64,000 nt of DNA from a virus (IMGVR_UViG_3300014167_000003:9998-73997), one strand, 5' to 3'. Shown: positions 15,308 through 23,969, counted from the first letter of the stretch. Notes: generated by a model from the letters alone, not told the origin. Made by a program: numbers and translations.

Positions 15308-16606
15308 ATGCCGAGCATCACCACCGAGATCTGCAAGCGCAAGGTCACCCAGCGCACCGACATCTACGACAACAAGTGCCGAGGCTTCAGCGTCCGCCTG
15401 TCGCCCACGGCGCCGGCCATGTTCGCCTTCAAGTACTACGACAAGGCGCTCGGCAAGCAGGTCAAGCTGACCCTGCAGCACTTCGACCCGATCAACTACA
15501 CCGTCGATAAGGCGCGCGCCGAGGCCTACCAGCTCAAGGCGAAGGCCGAGGCCGGCGTCGATCTCGCGCAGCAGAAGCGCGTCGCCACCACACAGCGCGC
15601 CAAGATCAGCGGCGTGACGTTCGAACAGATCGCCAAGGAGTACATCGACGCGATCAGCACCTTGGAAAAGAAGGCCGATGGCGAGCTGCGGCCGGTCAAG
15701 GAGAGCTGGAAGAACGACGAGGGTTACCTGAAGCGTCCACGCGCGGCGTGGGGCGCATGGGTCGCCTCCGAGGTCACCGACGATGATGTGATGGCTCTCC
15801 TGTTCTCCATCGACTCCGTGTCCAGCCGCAACCGGACCCGCTCCGTGCTCCACACGATGTTCAAGTGGGCGAAGCAGCCGCCGCGCAAGTACGTCACCAG
15901 CAACCCGTGCAGCGACCTGCCGAAGCGTGACAAGGAGTACAGCAAGGACCGCGCGCTCGACCGCGACGAGATCAAGAAGCTCTGGATCGGTCTCGACCAT
16001 CCCGACCTTCCGGCATCGCGGCCGGTGGCGCTGGCTCTCAAGCTGATCCTGTGCACGATGCTGCGCCCCGGCGAGGTGATCGTTGCCGAGCGGTCGTTCC
16101 TGAAGACGGTCGCCAAGGTGCAGGTCATCCAGTTGCCGCTGAAGGCCGTGAAGAAGCGCCGGGCGATCACCCAGCCGTTGACCGGCCTCGCACTGGCGCT
16201 GATCGCCGAGGCCAAGTCGAAGCACAACCACGACCTCCTGTTCATCGGCCGTAGCCACAAGACCGGTGACGCCGTGCCGATGAAGCGCAACACGCTGTCG
16301 CAGGCACTCGTTGGCAAGAAGGACAAGAAGGGCAAGGTGCTGCGTCAGGGCATCCTCGACTTCCTCAGGATGAAGAAGTTCACGCCGCACGATCTGCGGC
16401 GCACGGCGGCGACGTTGGCGGGTGACGCCGGCTTCGACGACAAGACCATCGGCCGTTGCCTCGACCACGCCGAGGAAGGCGCCGCCGATGTGACCGGCGT
16501 CTATAACCGCTCTGCCTACATTGAACCGCGTCGGCAGGTGCTCGCTGCGGTCGAGAGCCAGCTCTTGGAGATCCTCGGCGACAAGGCGCTGCCTCTCGCG
16601 GCCTGA
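15308..16606 (+). CDS. int: Tyrosine integrase with N-terminal arm-binding domain
   Basis: Catalytic R (MLRPGEV), HDLRRT, LDH, VYNRS. Confidence 0.95.
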   Translation: MPSITTEICKRKVTQRTDIYDNKCRGFSVRLSPTAPAMFAFKYYDKALGKQVKLTLQHFDPINYTVDKARAEAYQLKAKAEAGVDLAQQKRVATTQRAKISGVTFEQIAKEYIDAISTLEKKADGELRPVKESWKNDEGYLKRPRAAWGAWVASEVTDDDVMALLFSIDSVSSRNRTRSVLHTMFKWAKQPPRKYVTSNPCSDLPKRDKEYSKDRALDRDEIKKLWIGLDHPDLPASRPVALALKLILCTMLRPGEVIVAERSFLKTVAKVQVIQLPLKAVKKRRAITQPLTGLALALIAEAKSKHNHDLLFIGRSHKTGDAVPMKRNTLSQALVGKKDKKGKVLRQGILDFLRMKKFTPHDLRRTAATLAGDAGFDDKTIGRCLDHAEEGAADVTGVYNRSAYIEPRRQVLAAVESQLLEILGDKALPLAA

Positions 16607-16619
16607 TCGAAGACAACGC

Positions 16620-16652
16620 AACGCCCGCGAAGCGGAAGGCTTCGCGGGCGTT
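16620..16652. terminator. Hairpin between convergent int and alpA-like genes (bidirectional terminator)
   Basis: AACGCCCGCGAAGC-GGAAG-GCTTCGCGGGCGTT, 14-bp stem. Confidence 0.8.
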
Positions 16653-16659
16653 GTCGTGT

Positions 16660-16869
16660 TCAGACGGCGCGTTCGCGCGGCAACGCTTCCTGCCACGCGA
16701 CAACCTCGTCCTCGTACCAGTACTTGTGCTGGCGCCCGATGTAGACACCCCGAGGGAAACGGCCTTCCTTCTCCATGCGGATCATGGTCGACCTTCCCAA
16801 CGGCACCAGCTTCAACACCTGGCGACGGTCCAGCATCTTCCTCACTTCATCGACCATGACCGCACCCAT
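16660..16869 (-). CDS. AlpA-family excisionase/regulator
   Basis: LDRRQVL..VPLGRSTM.RMEKEGRFP....G....W...EV..W. Confidence 0.85.
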   Translation of the reverse strand: MGAVMVDEVRKMLDRRQVLKLVPLGRSTMIRMEKEGRFPRGVYIGRQHKYWYEDEVVAWQEALPRERAV

Positions 16870-16872
16870 CGT

Positions 16873-17355
16873 TTAGCTACGCCGTGCGATGCTGGCGATC
16901 CGATCCGCCATGTCGCTGTTGCTGATCTCACCGCCGCAGTTGCACGAGAACTCGTGCAGGTCGTCCTGGCTCAGTTCGAAGAACCGCGCCGCCTGCCCGA
17001 CGCTCACCATCGGCGCCACATTGAGCGTCGGCACGCCTTCGAGATCCGCCTTGTAGCCGGCCGCGACAAACTCCGGCACCGCGAGCGCCGCCTGGAAGAT
17101 CGACTCCGGGTGCCCAATGAGGAAGAGCTGATCCGGCATGTAGTACTCCAGGCCGTGGAACAGGAAGAACGGCTTCGGCGGGCTCCAGTACATCTCGATG
17201 GCGTCGAGCAGCCCGCCATCCCTGCCGCGCCAGCGCGCGAAGTGCGCGAGCTTGATGAGCTTCTCCTGCTTCGTCATCACCACCGCCTTCGGCGGCGCCG
17301 AGGACAGCGTTGCGCCGAGCGCTTCCAGTTCGGTCTTCGACAGCTGCGTGTTCAT
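16873..17355 (-). CDS. Hypothetical protein
   Basis: ATGA-coupled ORF. Confidence 0.65.
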   Translation of the reverse strand: MNTQLSKTELEALGATLSSAPPKAVVMTKQEKLIKLAHFARWRGRDGGLLDAIEMYWSPPKPFFLFHGLEYYMPDQLFLIGHPESIFQAALAVPEFVAAGYKADLEGVPTLNVAPMVSVGQAARFFELSQDDLHEFSCNCGGEISNSDMADRIASIARRS

Positions 17356-17591
17356 GCCATGCTCCTCTGTTGCCCCCTGCGTTCAACCACCGAGGTGGAG
17401 GCGTGCTCCTCGATGGAAACCTTCTTCCACAGCTCGCGGCGATCCGCCGGCAACCCGATCTTCTTCGCGTGGCGCCGCAGCGTCTGCGTGCTGTGGCCCA
17501 TGCGTTCAGCGATCTCGCCGGGCGTCAGGCGGCTGTACCAGAGCTTCGTCAGCAGTTTGCTGTCCACCCGTTTGTGTAACCGGCTCTTCAC
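17352..17591 (-). CDS. Small HTH protein
   Basis: GTG start after AAGGAAG; TPGEIAERMGHSTQTLRRHAKKIGL. Confidence 0.65.
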   Translation of the reverse strand: MKSRLHKRVDSKLLTKLWYSRLTPGEIAERMGHSTQTLRRHAKKIGLPADRRELWKKVSIEEHASTSVVERRGQQRSMA

Positions 17592-17681
17592 GGTCGTCTT
17601 CCTTTTCTGCGGCAGGCATGGACAGATCGAAGGCCTCGCGCCTGAACTGCCGAAACGCGGCAAGGAGCGCGCTCCACTTCA

Positions 17682-18017
17682 TCAGTTCACCCGCTCCGGC
17701 TTCTCGTGCATTGCCTCGATGACATTGACGGCGTCCTGCAGCTGCTCGACCAGGTGCGCGACACCGCCGTCGTAGTGGCGCTCCAGGTAGGCGCGGGTGC
17801 CCATCATGAAGTCCTTGATCTCCTCGACCGAGAACGGGAACTCACCGGTCGGGAGCACGATCAGGATCGCCGGCTCCTCGGCCTTGCCATCGAGGGAGAC
17901 GACGCCATCGATCACGCCCACCGTGTCGCCGTCCTTCAGTTCGCAGTACGCCTTGATGAACTTGTCGGCGCGCGTCGGGTAGTTGTCGCTGGTGTTCATC
18001 TCCCTCGGGTAGTCCAT
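17682..18017 (-). CDS. Hypothetical protein
   Basis: AGGAGAG RBS, acidic ORF in operon. Confidence 0.65.
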   Translation of the reverse strand: MDYPREMNTSDNYPTRADKFIKAYCELKDGDTVGVIDGVVSLDGKAEEPAILIVLPTGEFPFSVEEIKDFMMGTRAYLERHYDGGVAHLVEQLQDAVNVIEAMHEKPERVN

Positions 18018-18026
18018 CTGGCTCTC

Positions 18027-18434
18027 CTACTGAAACGCATTCGTCGGCAGGCGCCGAGGCAGCGACGCGACGATCTCGCGCGCGGCCTGCTGTTCGGGCC
18101 CGGCCTGTTCGAGCTGGTTGTCCGGCACCACGGGCTTGATCGCGAACTTGCGCGCCTCGCTCTTGGCGTTGTTCGCCGTCTCCACCACGACGTCCAGGCG
18201 GGTGGTCAGGTCGATGCTGTACGCCTGGAGCCGGTCACGCTCGGAGCGCAGCTTCGTCACCTCGCTGCGCAGGAAGTCGTTCTCGCGCATCAGGTCGACG
18301 TTCGAGGCGATGATCGCGGTGTTCTGGTCTTTGAGGGCGGCGAGTTCGTCCGCCATGATGTGGTAGTCGTCAAACGCCTTCTGCAGCGGATTGTCCCCGA
18401 GCAGCGGCGGCTTCGTCTTGGCTGTCTGTGACAT
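18027..18434 (-). CDS. Coiled-coil protein
   Basis: Heptads LAALKDQN...LRSEVTKLRSERDRL. Confidence 0.65.
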   Translation of the reverse strand: MSQTAKTKPPLLGDNPLQKAFDDYHIMADELAALKDQNTAIIASNVDLMRENDFLRSEVTKLRSERDRLQAYSIDLTTRLDVVVETANNAKSEARKFAIKPVVPDNQLEQAGPEQQAAREIVASLPRRLPTNAFQ

Positions 18435-18780
18435 ACTTGGTCCTCCGTTCGAGAATGGCGTCCAGTCGTCCCCGGATCGCTGCGATCTCGTTGCGCAGCG
18501 TCGGCTCTTGCTGCAGCCGCTCGTGGATGCGGCGGCAGGCATACATGATCGTGGTGTGGTCCTGGTTGAACTTGCGGCCGATGGCCGGATAAGACGACCG
18601 CGTCAGCTCCTTGCAGAGGTGGACCGCAACGTGGCGGACATTTACGAGGCTGGCGTCACGGTACTTCGCGAGCAACATCTCGCGGTCGATGCCGTAGTAG
18701 TCCGCGACAGCGTCCTGGATGTCGCGCATCTGCAGCGGCCACGTCGCCAGTTCGTGCAGGCTGAACCACGTCTCCTTCAT
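18370..18780 (-). CDS. Stand-alone DnaA domain IV (C-terminal HTH) protein
   Basis: IQDAVADYYG...L....R......RHVA.HL..ELT..SYPAIGRKFN.DHTTIMYA.RRI. Confidence 0.88.
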   Translation of the reverse strand: MKETWFSLHELATWPLQMRDIQDAVADYYGIDREMLLAKYRDASLVNVRHVAVHLCKELTRSSYPAIGRKFNQDHTTIMYACRRIHERLQQEPTLRNEIAAIRGRLDAILERRTKYVTDSQDEAAAARGQSAAEGV

Positions 18781-19709
18781 GTGGCGCCCTCGGCAATGGG
18801 TGCGGCGCCCGCCGCAGTGGGCTGATCAACGGGCGCCGCAGGCTCGGTGGCGGTTCCAACCTCCGAGCCCTCCGGCGACGACACAGCGGGGGCCGATGTC
18901 GCCGGGTTCTTGTTCTTCCGCGTGTCCACCGTCATCGCGGCGGCGATGGACGCATCAATGGCCTGACCGAAGCCCTCACCGCCAGGACCGCGCAGGCGGG
19001 CCGCCAGGCCCGGCGTGGCGCGCGTGTCCGAGACGACCTTCACGTCCTCGGCCTCCGGGAAGTCGTCGCGCGCGTAGATGCCGGCGATGATGTCAGGGCA
19101 ATACACCCGCGCCCAGTCGCGCACCATGGCGTAGAACATCTGCTGGTCCGGCTTCGTGTCCCACAGCGGCGAGCCCTTGCGCTTGCCGTACTCATTGAGC
19201 GGCGGGCGCAGGTTGGCCAGCGTGAACTGCTTGGCGCTGTCCTTCGGCGGCCACTCACGCGGCTCGGTCTCGCCCTTAAACGTCGCGTACACGAAGCAGA
19301 TCCGGTCGTCGCCGTCGCCCTCGTACCTGGCCCTGATGCGCTCCTTGATCGGCGCCCGCGCCTCGATGATCGAGTGGTAGAAGTTCGACATGTAGGCGAC
19401 CTGTTCGACGCCCTTGTTGACGACCAGGTACGTCTGCGACGCCAGCGTCAGCGGCGAGACGCCCAGCTCGTCCGCCTTGAGGATGATGCCCCAGCAGCCG
19501 CCGACGTTGCCCTGGAGCCAGGGCGGCAGCAGCGGCCCGGCGGTCGCCATCAGCTTCGCCGCCTCGGCCATCTGCAGCGCGTTGTCGAACCGCAGGCCAC
19601 CGACATGCTCGCCCATGGGGATGAGCGCGGTCTTCTCGGTCATCACGCGCTCGATCTTGCCCTCGGCGAGATCGCGCCTGGTCACCGGGCCATCGTTAAC
19701 TTCGGTCAT
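18777..19709 (-). CDS. recT: RecT-like single-strand annealing protein
   Basis: GN...C..I...A..LG.SP...A..TY.V; W...P.QM....R.WAR.Y.PD...GIY..DD; same operon as RecE-like exonuclease. Confidence 0.75.
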   Translation of the reverse strand: MTEVNDGPVTRRDLAEGKIERVMTEKTALIPMGEHVGGLRFDNALQMAEAAKLMATAGPLLPPWLQGNVGGCWGIILKADELGVSPLTLASQTYLVVNKGVEQVAYMSNFYHSIIEARAPIKERIRARYEGDGDDRICFVYATFKGETEPREWPPKDSAKQFTLANLRPPLNEYGKRKGSPLWDTKPDQQMFYAMVRDWARVYCPDIIAGIYARDDFPEAEDVKVVSDTRATPGLAARLRGPGGEGFGQAIDASIAAAMTVDTRKNKNPATSAPAVSSPEGSEVGTATEPAAPVDQPTAAGAAPIAEGAT

Positions 19710-20098
19710 GCACCGCTCCCAAAGATCCGTTCACGAAATTGGCTCAGCAGCTCCACCACCCGCTCATGCTGCCGTGGCTGCTCCAGCTGCATGTAGTCGG
19801 CGAGGCTGCTTTCGAGCACCTGGATGTTCTTGTCGATCCGCTCGACGATGGGTGTCTCGATGTCGCGTATCGGCTTCGGCGGGTGCTTGGCGTGCGCCGG
19901 GCACAGGTCGTGCTTGTTGTCCTTGCCGACCACCCAGCCGCGCTCGACGAGCTTGCGCTCGATCACCTCGGGCGGCAGGTCCGTCCTGGTGTTGCAGTTG
20001 ACCGTCGCGGTGACGCCGCAGCGGCAGCACTCGACCTTGTAGCGGCGCCGGGTGTCGCCGAGCGGGTTCACCATCCTGTCGAAATATCGGTTGGTCAT
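19706..20098 (-). CDS. Zinc-binding protein
   Basis: CCRC...GW......DLCP.H. Confidence 0.65.
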   Translation of the reverse strand: MTNRYFDRMVNPLGDTRRRYKVECCRCGVTATVNCNTRTDLPPEVIERKLVERGWVVGKDNKHDLCPAHAKHPPKPIRDIETPIVERIDKNIQVLESSLADYMQLEQPRQHERVVELLSQFRERIFGSGA

Positions 20099-21030
20099 TA
20101 TGTCCACCAGAACTGCGGGAACGGCTCCGGCCGCTCGCCCTGGCCGCGCCACATCAGCTTGTCGACGGTCTTCTCATCATGCGCCGCGTTCACCGCCTTG
20201 ATGATCAGCGCGATGAGGAGGAGCGGGTCGCGGCGCTTCTCGTCCGTTCGATGGAGGAGCACCTCGCGCAGCTTATAGAACGGGTCATTGATGGCGACGC
20301 CGGTCGGGTTTTCGAGCGTCTCGACCATGCGCTCGGCCAGCGGCTCGTCGTGGCTCGCCAGCATGTAGTAGGCGAACCCGAGGATCGCCGGGTTGATCAG
20401 CCGGCGCAGGTTCTTGTTGACGCGGGCCACCGCGCGAACCATCTCGGGGTGCGCCTTGTACGCCTCCTCGATCATGGCGTTCTCGACCCGGTTCTCGGCA
20501 TTGCGCGAATTGAGCATGGTGCCGCGCTGGTAATGGATCAGGTAGACGAGCGCGTGCGACGTCGATGCCTTATGGTGCGAGAGCCCGCTCACCGCGAGCA
20601 CGTCGGCGCCGGAGCGGCTCTTCCTGATGGTGTCGATGGTCGAGAACGCGTCGGGCTTGACGCCGAACACGATGATCACCCACACCCGCGCCTTGGAATA
20701 GATCACCGCCCAGAGCCGGTGCTGGCCGTCGAGCACGTCGCCGGTCGAGCCGATCTTGATGGTCTCGCCGTTGACCTTCCACAGCCCGTTCGACATCTGC
20801 CGCGCAATGCGCTTGGCATGCATGTCGGAGAGCGGCCGGTTGTTGTCGTTGCCTTCCAGGATGCGCGCGGCGAGGGTCTCGTCGATGTAGCCCTCCCACT
20901 GCCGCAGCCCGTTGCCGATGTCCTTGGTCGGCAACCCGAAGAAGGCAGCAGCATCGGCAATGGTCGGCGCCACGGGCGCCGCCGGCTCCGGCAGGTCACC
21001 CTTGGCCTTCAGCTTTTCGAGGAGAGACAT
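20098..21030 (-). CDS. ParB-like (DGQHR) domain protein
   Basis: NRPL...IARQM..G.W..NGETI....G.VLDGQHRL.AV....ID...R...D. Confidence 0.82.
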   Translation of the reverse strand: MSLLEKLKAKGDLPEPAAPVAPTIADAAAFFGLPTKDIGNGLRQWEGYIDETLAARILEGNDNNRPLSDMHAKRIARQMSNGLWKVNGETIKIGSTGDVLDGQHRLWAVIYSKARVWVIIVFGVKPDAFSTIDTIRKSRSGADVLAVSGLSHHKASTSHALVYLIHYQRGTMLNSRNAENRVENAMIEEAYKAHPEMVRAVARVNKNLRRLINPAILGFAYYMLASHDEPLAERMVETLENPTGVAINDPFYKLREVLLHRTDEKRRDPLLLIALIIKAVNAAHDEKTVDKLMWRGQGERPEPFPQFWWT

Positions 21031-21527
21031 CGCTGGAACTCCTGTAGCCACGACAATGCGGGAACGAGCTTGCGGTCGATCAGTCCGGTGCGGTCGAGCG
21101 CGACGGCAACGGCGGCAACATCGGACGCGAGCGGAAGGCTGGTCAGCTCCTCCAGGGCGGTCTTCAGGTGGCCCCAGATCGCCGCCTTCTCGTCGAACGT
21201 CTTTTTCCGGTCGTCGGGTGCCGCCGCACGCTTGCGCCTCTTCTTGGGCCTGTGCGCCACATGAGCGAGCGTGCGGTAGGCGCCGTCGACAGAGATCCGG
21301 CCGAGTTCGAGGTTGGCGATGATCGTCGGGTCGCCACGCAGGAGCACCTGGCGCGCCTTGACGACGCTCGACCGGTGCACCTCGAACTGGTCCGCCGCCT
21401 GCTGGATCGACACCGGAGGGTCAGCCGTCTCGTGGTGCCTGCCGTTCTCCGAGATGCCCAGGTTGCACACCCGCGCCGCCGCGAAGGCCCGGCGCGCAAT
21501 TTCTCCGTTGTCGGGTTTATCGAGCAT
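21009..21527 (-). CDS. HTH protein (ParB C-terminal-like)
   Basis: SIQQAADQFEVHRSSVVKARQVL..G...G.ISV..A; GAGG RBS right after repeat array. Confidence 0.7.
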   Translation of the reverse strand: MLDKPDNGEIARRAFAAARVCNLGISENGRHHETADPPVSIQQAADQFEVHRSSVVKARQVLLRGDPTIIANLELGRISVDGAYRTLAHVAHRPKKRRKRAAAPDDRKKTFDEKAAIWGHLKTALEELTSLPLASDVAAVAVALDRTGLIDRKLVPALSWLQEFQRCLSSKS

Positions 21528-21545
21528 TAGATCCACCTCACTGTA

Positions 21546-21903
21546 CGTTGCGATGCGTGGAGGCGAGGAGCGTGGCGATGCGATGCGAGGAGGCGCGAGG
21601 TGTCGAGCAGCTGTGCGTAGCGGTGGCAAATTTCGCAGACGTTGCGTTGCGTTGCGTTGCGGGGCGCCGCGAAGCGATGCGTTGCAGAGCGGGGCGCTGT
21701 GACGCGGAGCGCTGCACTGCGTGGATAAACTTGGTAGACGTTGCGTTGCGGGGCGACGCGAAGCGGTGCGATGCAGAGCGGCGCTCTGTGAGGCGGAGCG
21801 TTGCACTGCGGTGCGAGGTGAAGCGGAGCGGTGCGTCGTAAAATTCTGGTAGACGTTGCGAGGCGCTGCGGTGCGTGAGCGGCGTTGCATTGCGCTGTTG
21901 CGG
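21546..21903 (-). repeat. Array of four 5-nt-periodic CGC-NN units (candidate guide RNAs)
   Basis: - strand: degenerate unit A 21903-21856; unit B 21835-21741 (19 pentamers); unit C 21721-21642 (16); unit D 21622-21548 (15). Each ends CGCAA-CGT; linkers CTACCAGAATTTTA, CTACCAAGTTTAT, CTGCGAAATTT. Confidence 0.95.
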
Positions 21904-22398
21904 TCATCCCTGCGCTCCCTTGATCTTTTCGAGGAGGCTCGTGAGGTCGGGAACCGAGGAAGGCACAGCCCTGACCTTGACCGTTGCCGCCGCGTCCTCA
22001 ATAGCCGCCAGCCGCGTGTTGTTCGTCGAGGCGCGCAACTGGTCGCCCGTGGACAAGGCGTCGAACTGGACAATGTGGCCGAGGCGCTTGCGGCCCCGGC
22101 GCGCGCCGCGCGCGATCTTCTTCAGATCGGCATCGGAGTGCGCCACCAGGTCTTGGTCGTGCATCCGCTTCCAGCCGTAGCTGCGGAGCCGGCGAAAGTG
22201 CACCGGAGGGTCGCCGCGCTCCAACTCACGAAGCGCCGACCGCATCACATGACTGCCAGGGTCGACCGTATGCCCGAGCGTCTGACTGATCCGTTGGTCG
22301 GTGATCTCGTCGTTAACACCAACCAGCAGGACCGCAAGGCGGCGTGCCATTTCGGCGATCTCGGGGCGCTTGATGAACATGGGGCGCGGCGTTGTCAT
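21904..22398 (-). CDS. Accessory protein between RAMP gene and array (winged-helix-like N-terminus, basic helical C-terminus)
   Basis: Starts 3 nt after RAMP stop; MRSALREL...HFRRLRSYGWKR then helix KKIARGARRGRKRL. Confidence 0.75.
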   Translation of the reverse strand: MTTPRPMFIKRPEIAEMARRLAVLLVGVNDEITDQRISQTLGHTVDPGSHVMRSALRELERGDPPVHFRRLRSYGWKRMHDQDLVAHSDADLKKIARGARRGRKRLGHIVQFDALSTGDQLRASTNNTRLAAIEDAAATVKVRAVPSSVPDLTSLLEKIKGAQG

Positions 22399-22401
22399 GG
22401 T

Positions 22402-22959
22402 TTAGTTCCAGGTGAATTTGGTAGGTTTGAACCGACCGTTCAGCCCGCCCTTTTGCGGTTTGAAGCGGCCGATGCCGATGCTGGTGCCCGCCGTCTTCAA
22501 CACGCGTTCAAAGATCTCCTTGGTGACGGTGTCGTCCAAGATTGTGAACGCAGCGTCAGCCTCCCACTGCGGTATCACCGGGAAGGTACGCCAGACCCGC
22601 TTGCCGCTGCCCCTTACGCCATCGACGTTGCAGCTAACACGGACGGAGGCAACGGTGTCCTTCCTGGCGGCCAATACAACATCATGGTCGCAAATGACGT
22701 CGGCTTCGAAGAACTTGGTATAGGTCTTCTTGCCTTTGCCGGGGATTTGGATGCCGAGCTTTTTCGCGGAGGCGTCAAGACATTGCTTGAGGGCCATGGC
22801 CGGAATGTAGATAAAACCGTCCTCGTTGTAGTTGCACTTCTCCCGCCAAGTGCGCTTCTCGTGGTCGTCGTTCGTTTCGCCGCTCAATTTCGGCACTTCA
22901 TGCTGATGGGATTGAGAATACGGGGTAATGCTTTCAAGCCGAACAGTGACGTTACGCAT
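22402..22959 (-). CDS. Stand-alone Cas7-like RAMP (RRM-fold) protein
   Basis: First strand VRLESITPYS, YIPAMALKQCL, thumb-like GVRGSGKRV.R.FP.I..W, Gly-rich loop AG..IGIGRFKPQKGGLNGRF; GGAGG RBS; no other cas genes in window. Confidence 0.78.
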   Translation of the reverse strand: MRNVTVRLESITPYSQSHQHEVPKLSGETNDDHEKRTWREKCNYNEDGFIYIPAMALKQCLDASAKKLGIQIPGKGKKTYTKFFEADVICDHDVVLAARKDTVASVRVSCNVDGVRGSGKRVWRTFPVIPQWEADAAFTILDDTVTKEIFERVLKTAGTSIGIGRFKPQKGGLNGRFKPTKFTWN

Positions 22960-22978
22960 TGTCGTCCTCCATTATGGT

Positions 22979-23030
22979 CGTTGCGATGAGTTGCGGCGCG
23001 CAGCGCAGCTCTGCGATGCGTGGCGGGGCG
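22979..23030 (-). repeat. Fifth CGC-NN unit (10 pentamers) in the RAMP gene leader
   Basis: - strand CGCCC CGCCA CGCAT CGCAG AGCTG CGCTG CGCGC CGCAA CTCAT CGCAA, flanked on both sides by CGACCAT. Confidence 0.92.
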
Positions 23031-23039
23031 GAATGGTCG

Positions 23040-23969
23040 CTACGCTGCCTCCCGCAGGTGAAGTTTGAGCCGCTCGTCGATCTGATCCCGCCGCCACTGC
23101 GCCAGATCGATGAACTCCGCGTCCGCGCGGTCGTCGCCGGGCCCCGGCCAGTGGCCGTTCGACAAGCAGTCCGCGAACGTTCGCAACGCGGCGCGGTTCA
23201 TCTTGGCGCCGCGCGCGATGTCCTCATCGCGAAGCGTCGTCACCCGCACGCAATGCGGCGGCGTCTTCTCGACCCAGATGAGGCTGAATGAGGTGGCCTC
23301 CATGTCGAGCGCCTTGGCGCCTTCGAACACGAGACCGGCTTGCTGGCAGTAGCCGTAGTTGCCGAGAGACGCCTGCAGGTCGCGGTACACCACGCTCGTT
23401 GTCGTCTTGAGATCGCCGAAGTCGCCGCTGTCGCTCGGGATCACATCGGGCCGCGCCTTGAGCCAGATGCCGGTCTCCTGATCCTTCCAGATCATCGAGC
23501 GCTCGATCTGGCCGTTGAGGATGCCGCTCTGCACGAGCGGGTTGGCGCCGAGAGCCAGCGCCATGCCCTTGATGGCGTCGATCATGCTGTTCGTCAGGAC
23601 GGTCTTGCCGGCGCGCTGCTGGGCCCGCTTCCACTCGCGGCAGGCCTTCCTGTTGCCGTGCCAGGCGGCGCCATCGAGCCAGTCCGGCTGCACCGCGAAC
23701 TGGTCGCTGAAGCCGACCTCGCCGCAGATCAAAAAATGTGCCGCCCGGCCGAGGACGAATGCCTCGTTGTCGTCCTCGACGATGCGCTCCGGGTTGATGC
23801 CGCAGCGGGCCCAGGCGTGTGCCGGGCTCTTGTCCCAGAGCACCCGGAGCGGCGACGACGACACCGATGGGCCGACGCAAAGATCACCGTGGTACTGGGC
23901 CAGCGGGATGCCAGCGTACAGGCCGGCAACACCGATGCGTTCGCCGTTCCAGGGAATTGATCGGATCAT
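23040..23969 (-). CDS. RecE/exonuclease VIII-like PD-(D/E)XK nuclease (DUF3799-like)
   Basis: YH....VSSS.L....SPAH, GRAAH, E.S..W.D.ETG...KARPD...DLKTT, Y..Q. Confidence 0.88.
   Translation of the reverse strand: MIRSIPWNGERIGVAGLYAGIPLAQYHGDLCVGPSVSSSPLRVLWDKSPAHAWARCGINPERIVEDDNEAFVLGRAAHFLICGEVGFSDQFAVQPDWLDGAAWHGNRKACREWKRAQQRAGKTVLTNSMIDAIKGMALALGANPLVQSGILNGQIERSMIWKDQETGIWLKARPDVIPSDSGDFGDLKTTTSVVYRDLQASLGNYGYCQQAGLVFEGAKALDMEATSFSLIWVEKTPPHCVRVTTLRDEDIARGAKMNRAALRTFADCLSNGHWPGPGDDRADAEFIDLAQWRRDQIDERLKLHLREAA

Noticed and set aside
21546-21903. Canonical CRISPR array or plain microsatellite
   Set aside because: No 23-50 nt repeats with unique spacers and no cas1/cas2/cas6; variation is position-specific (NN) with defined unit ends, unlike slippage.
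21527-21907. 126-aa ORF spanning the array, coupled at both ends (ATGA, TAATG); also the 354-aa ORF 21009-22073
   Set aside because: CGC-NN periodicity almost forbids stop codons, so openness is expected, and 5-nt phasing is not protein-level selection. Read-through translation is not fully excluded; ribosome profiling would decide.
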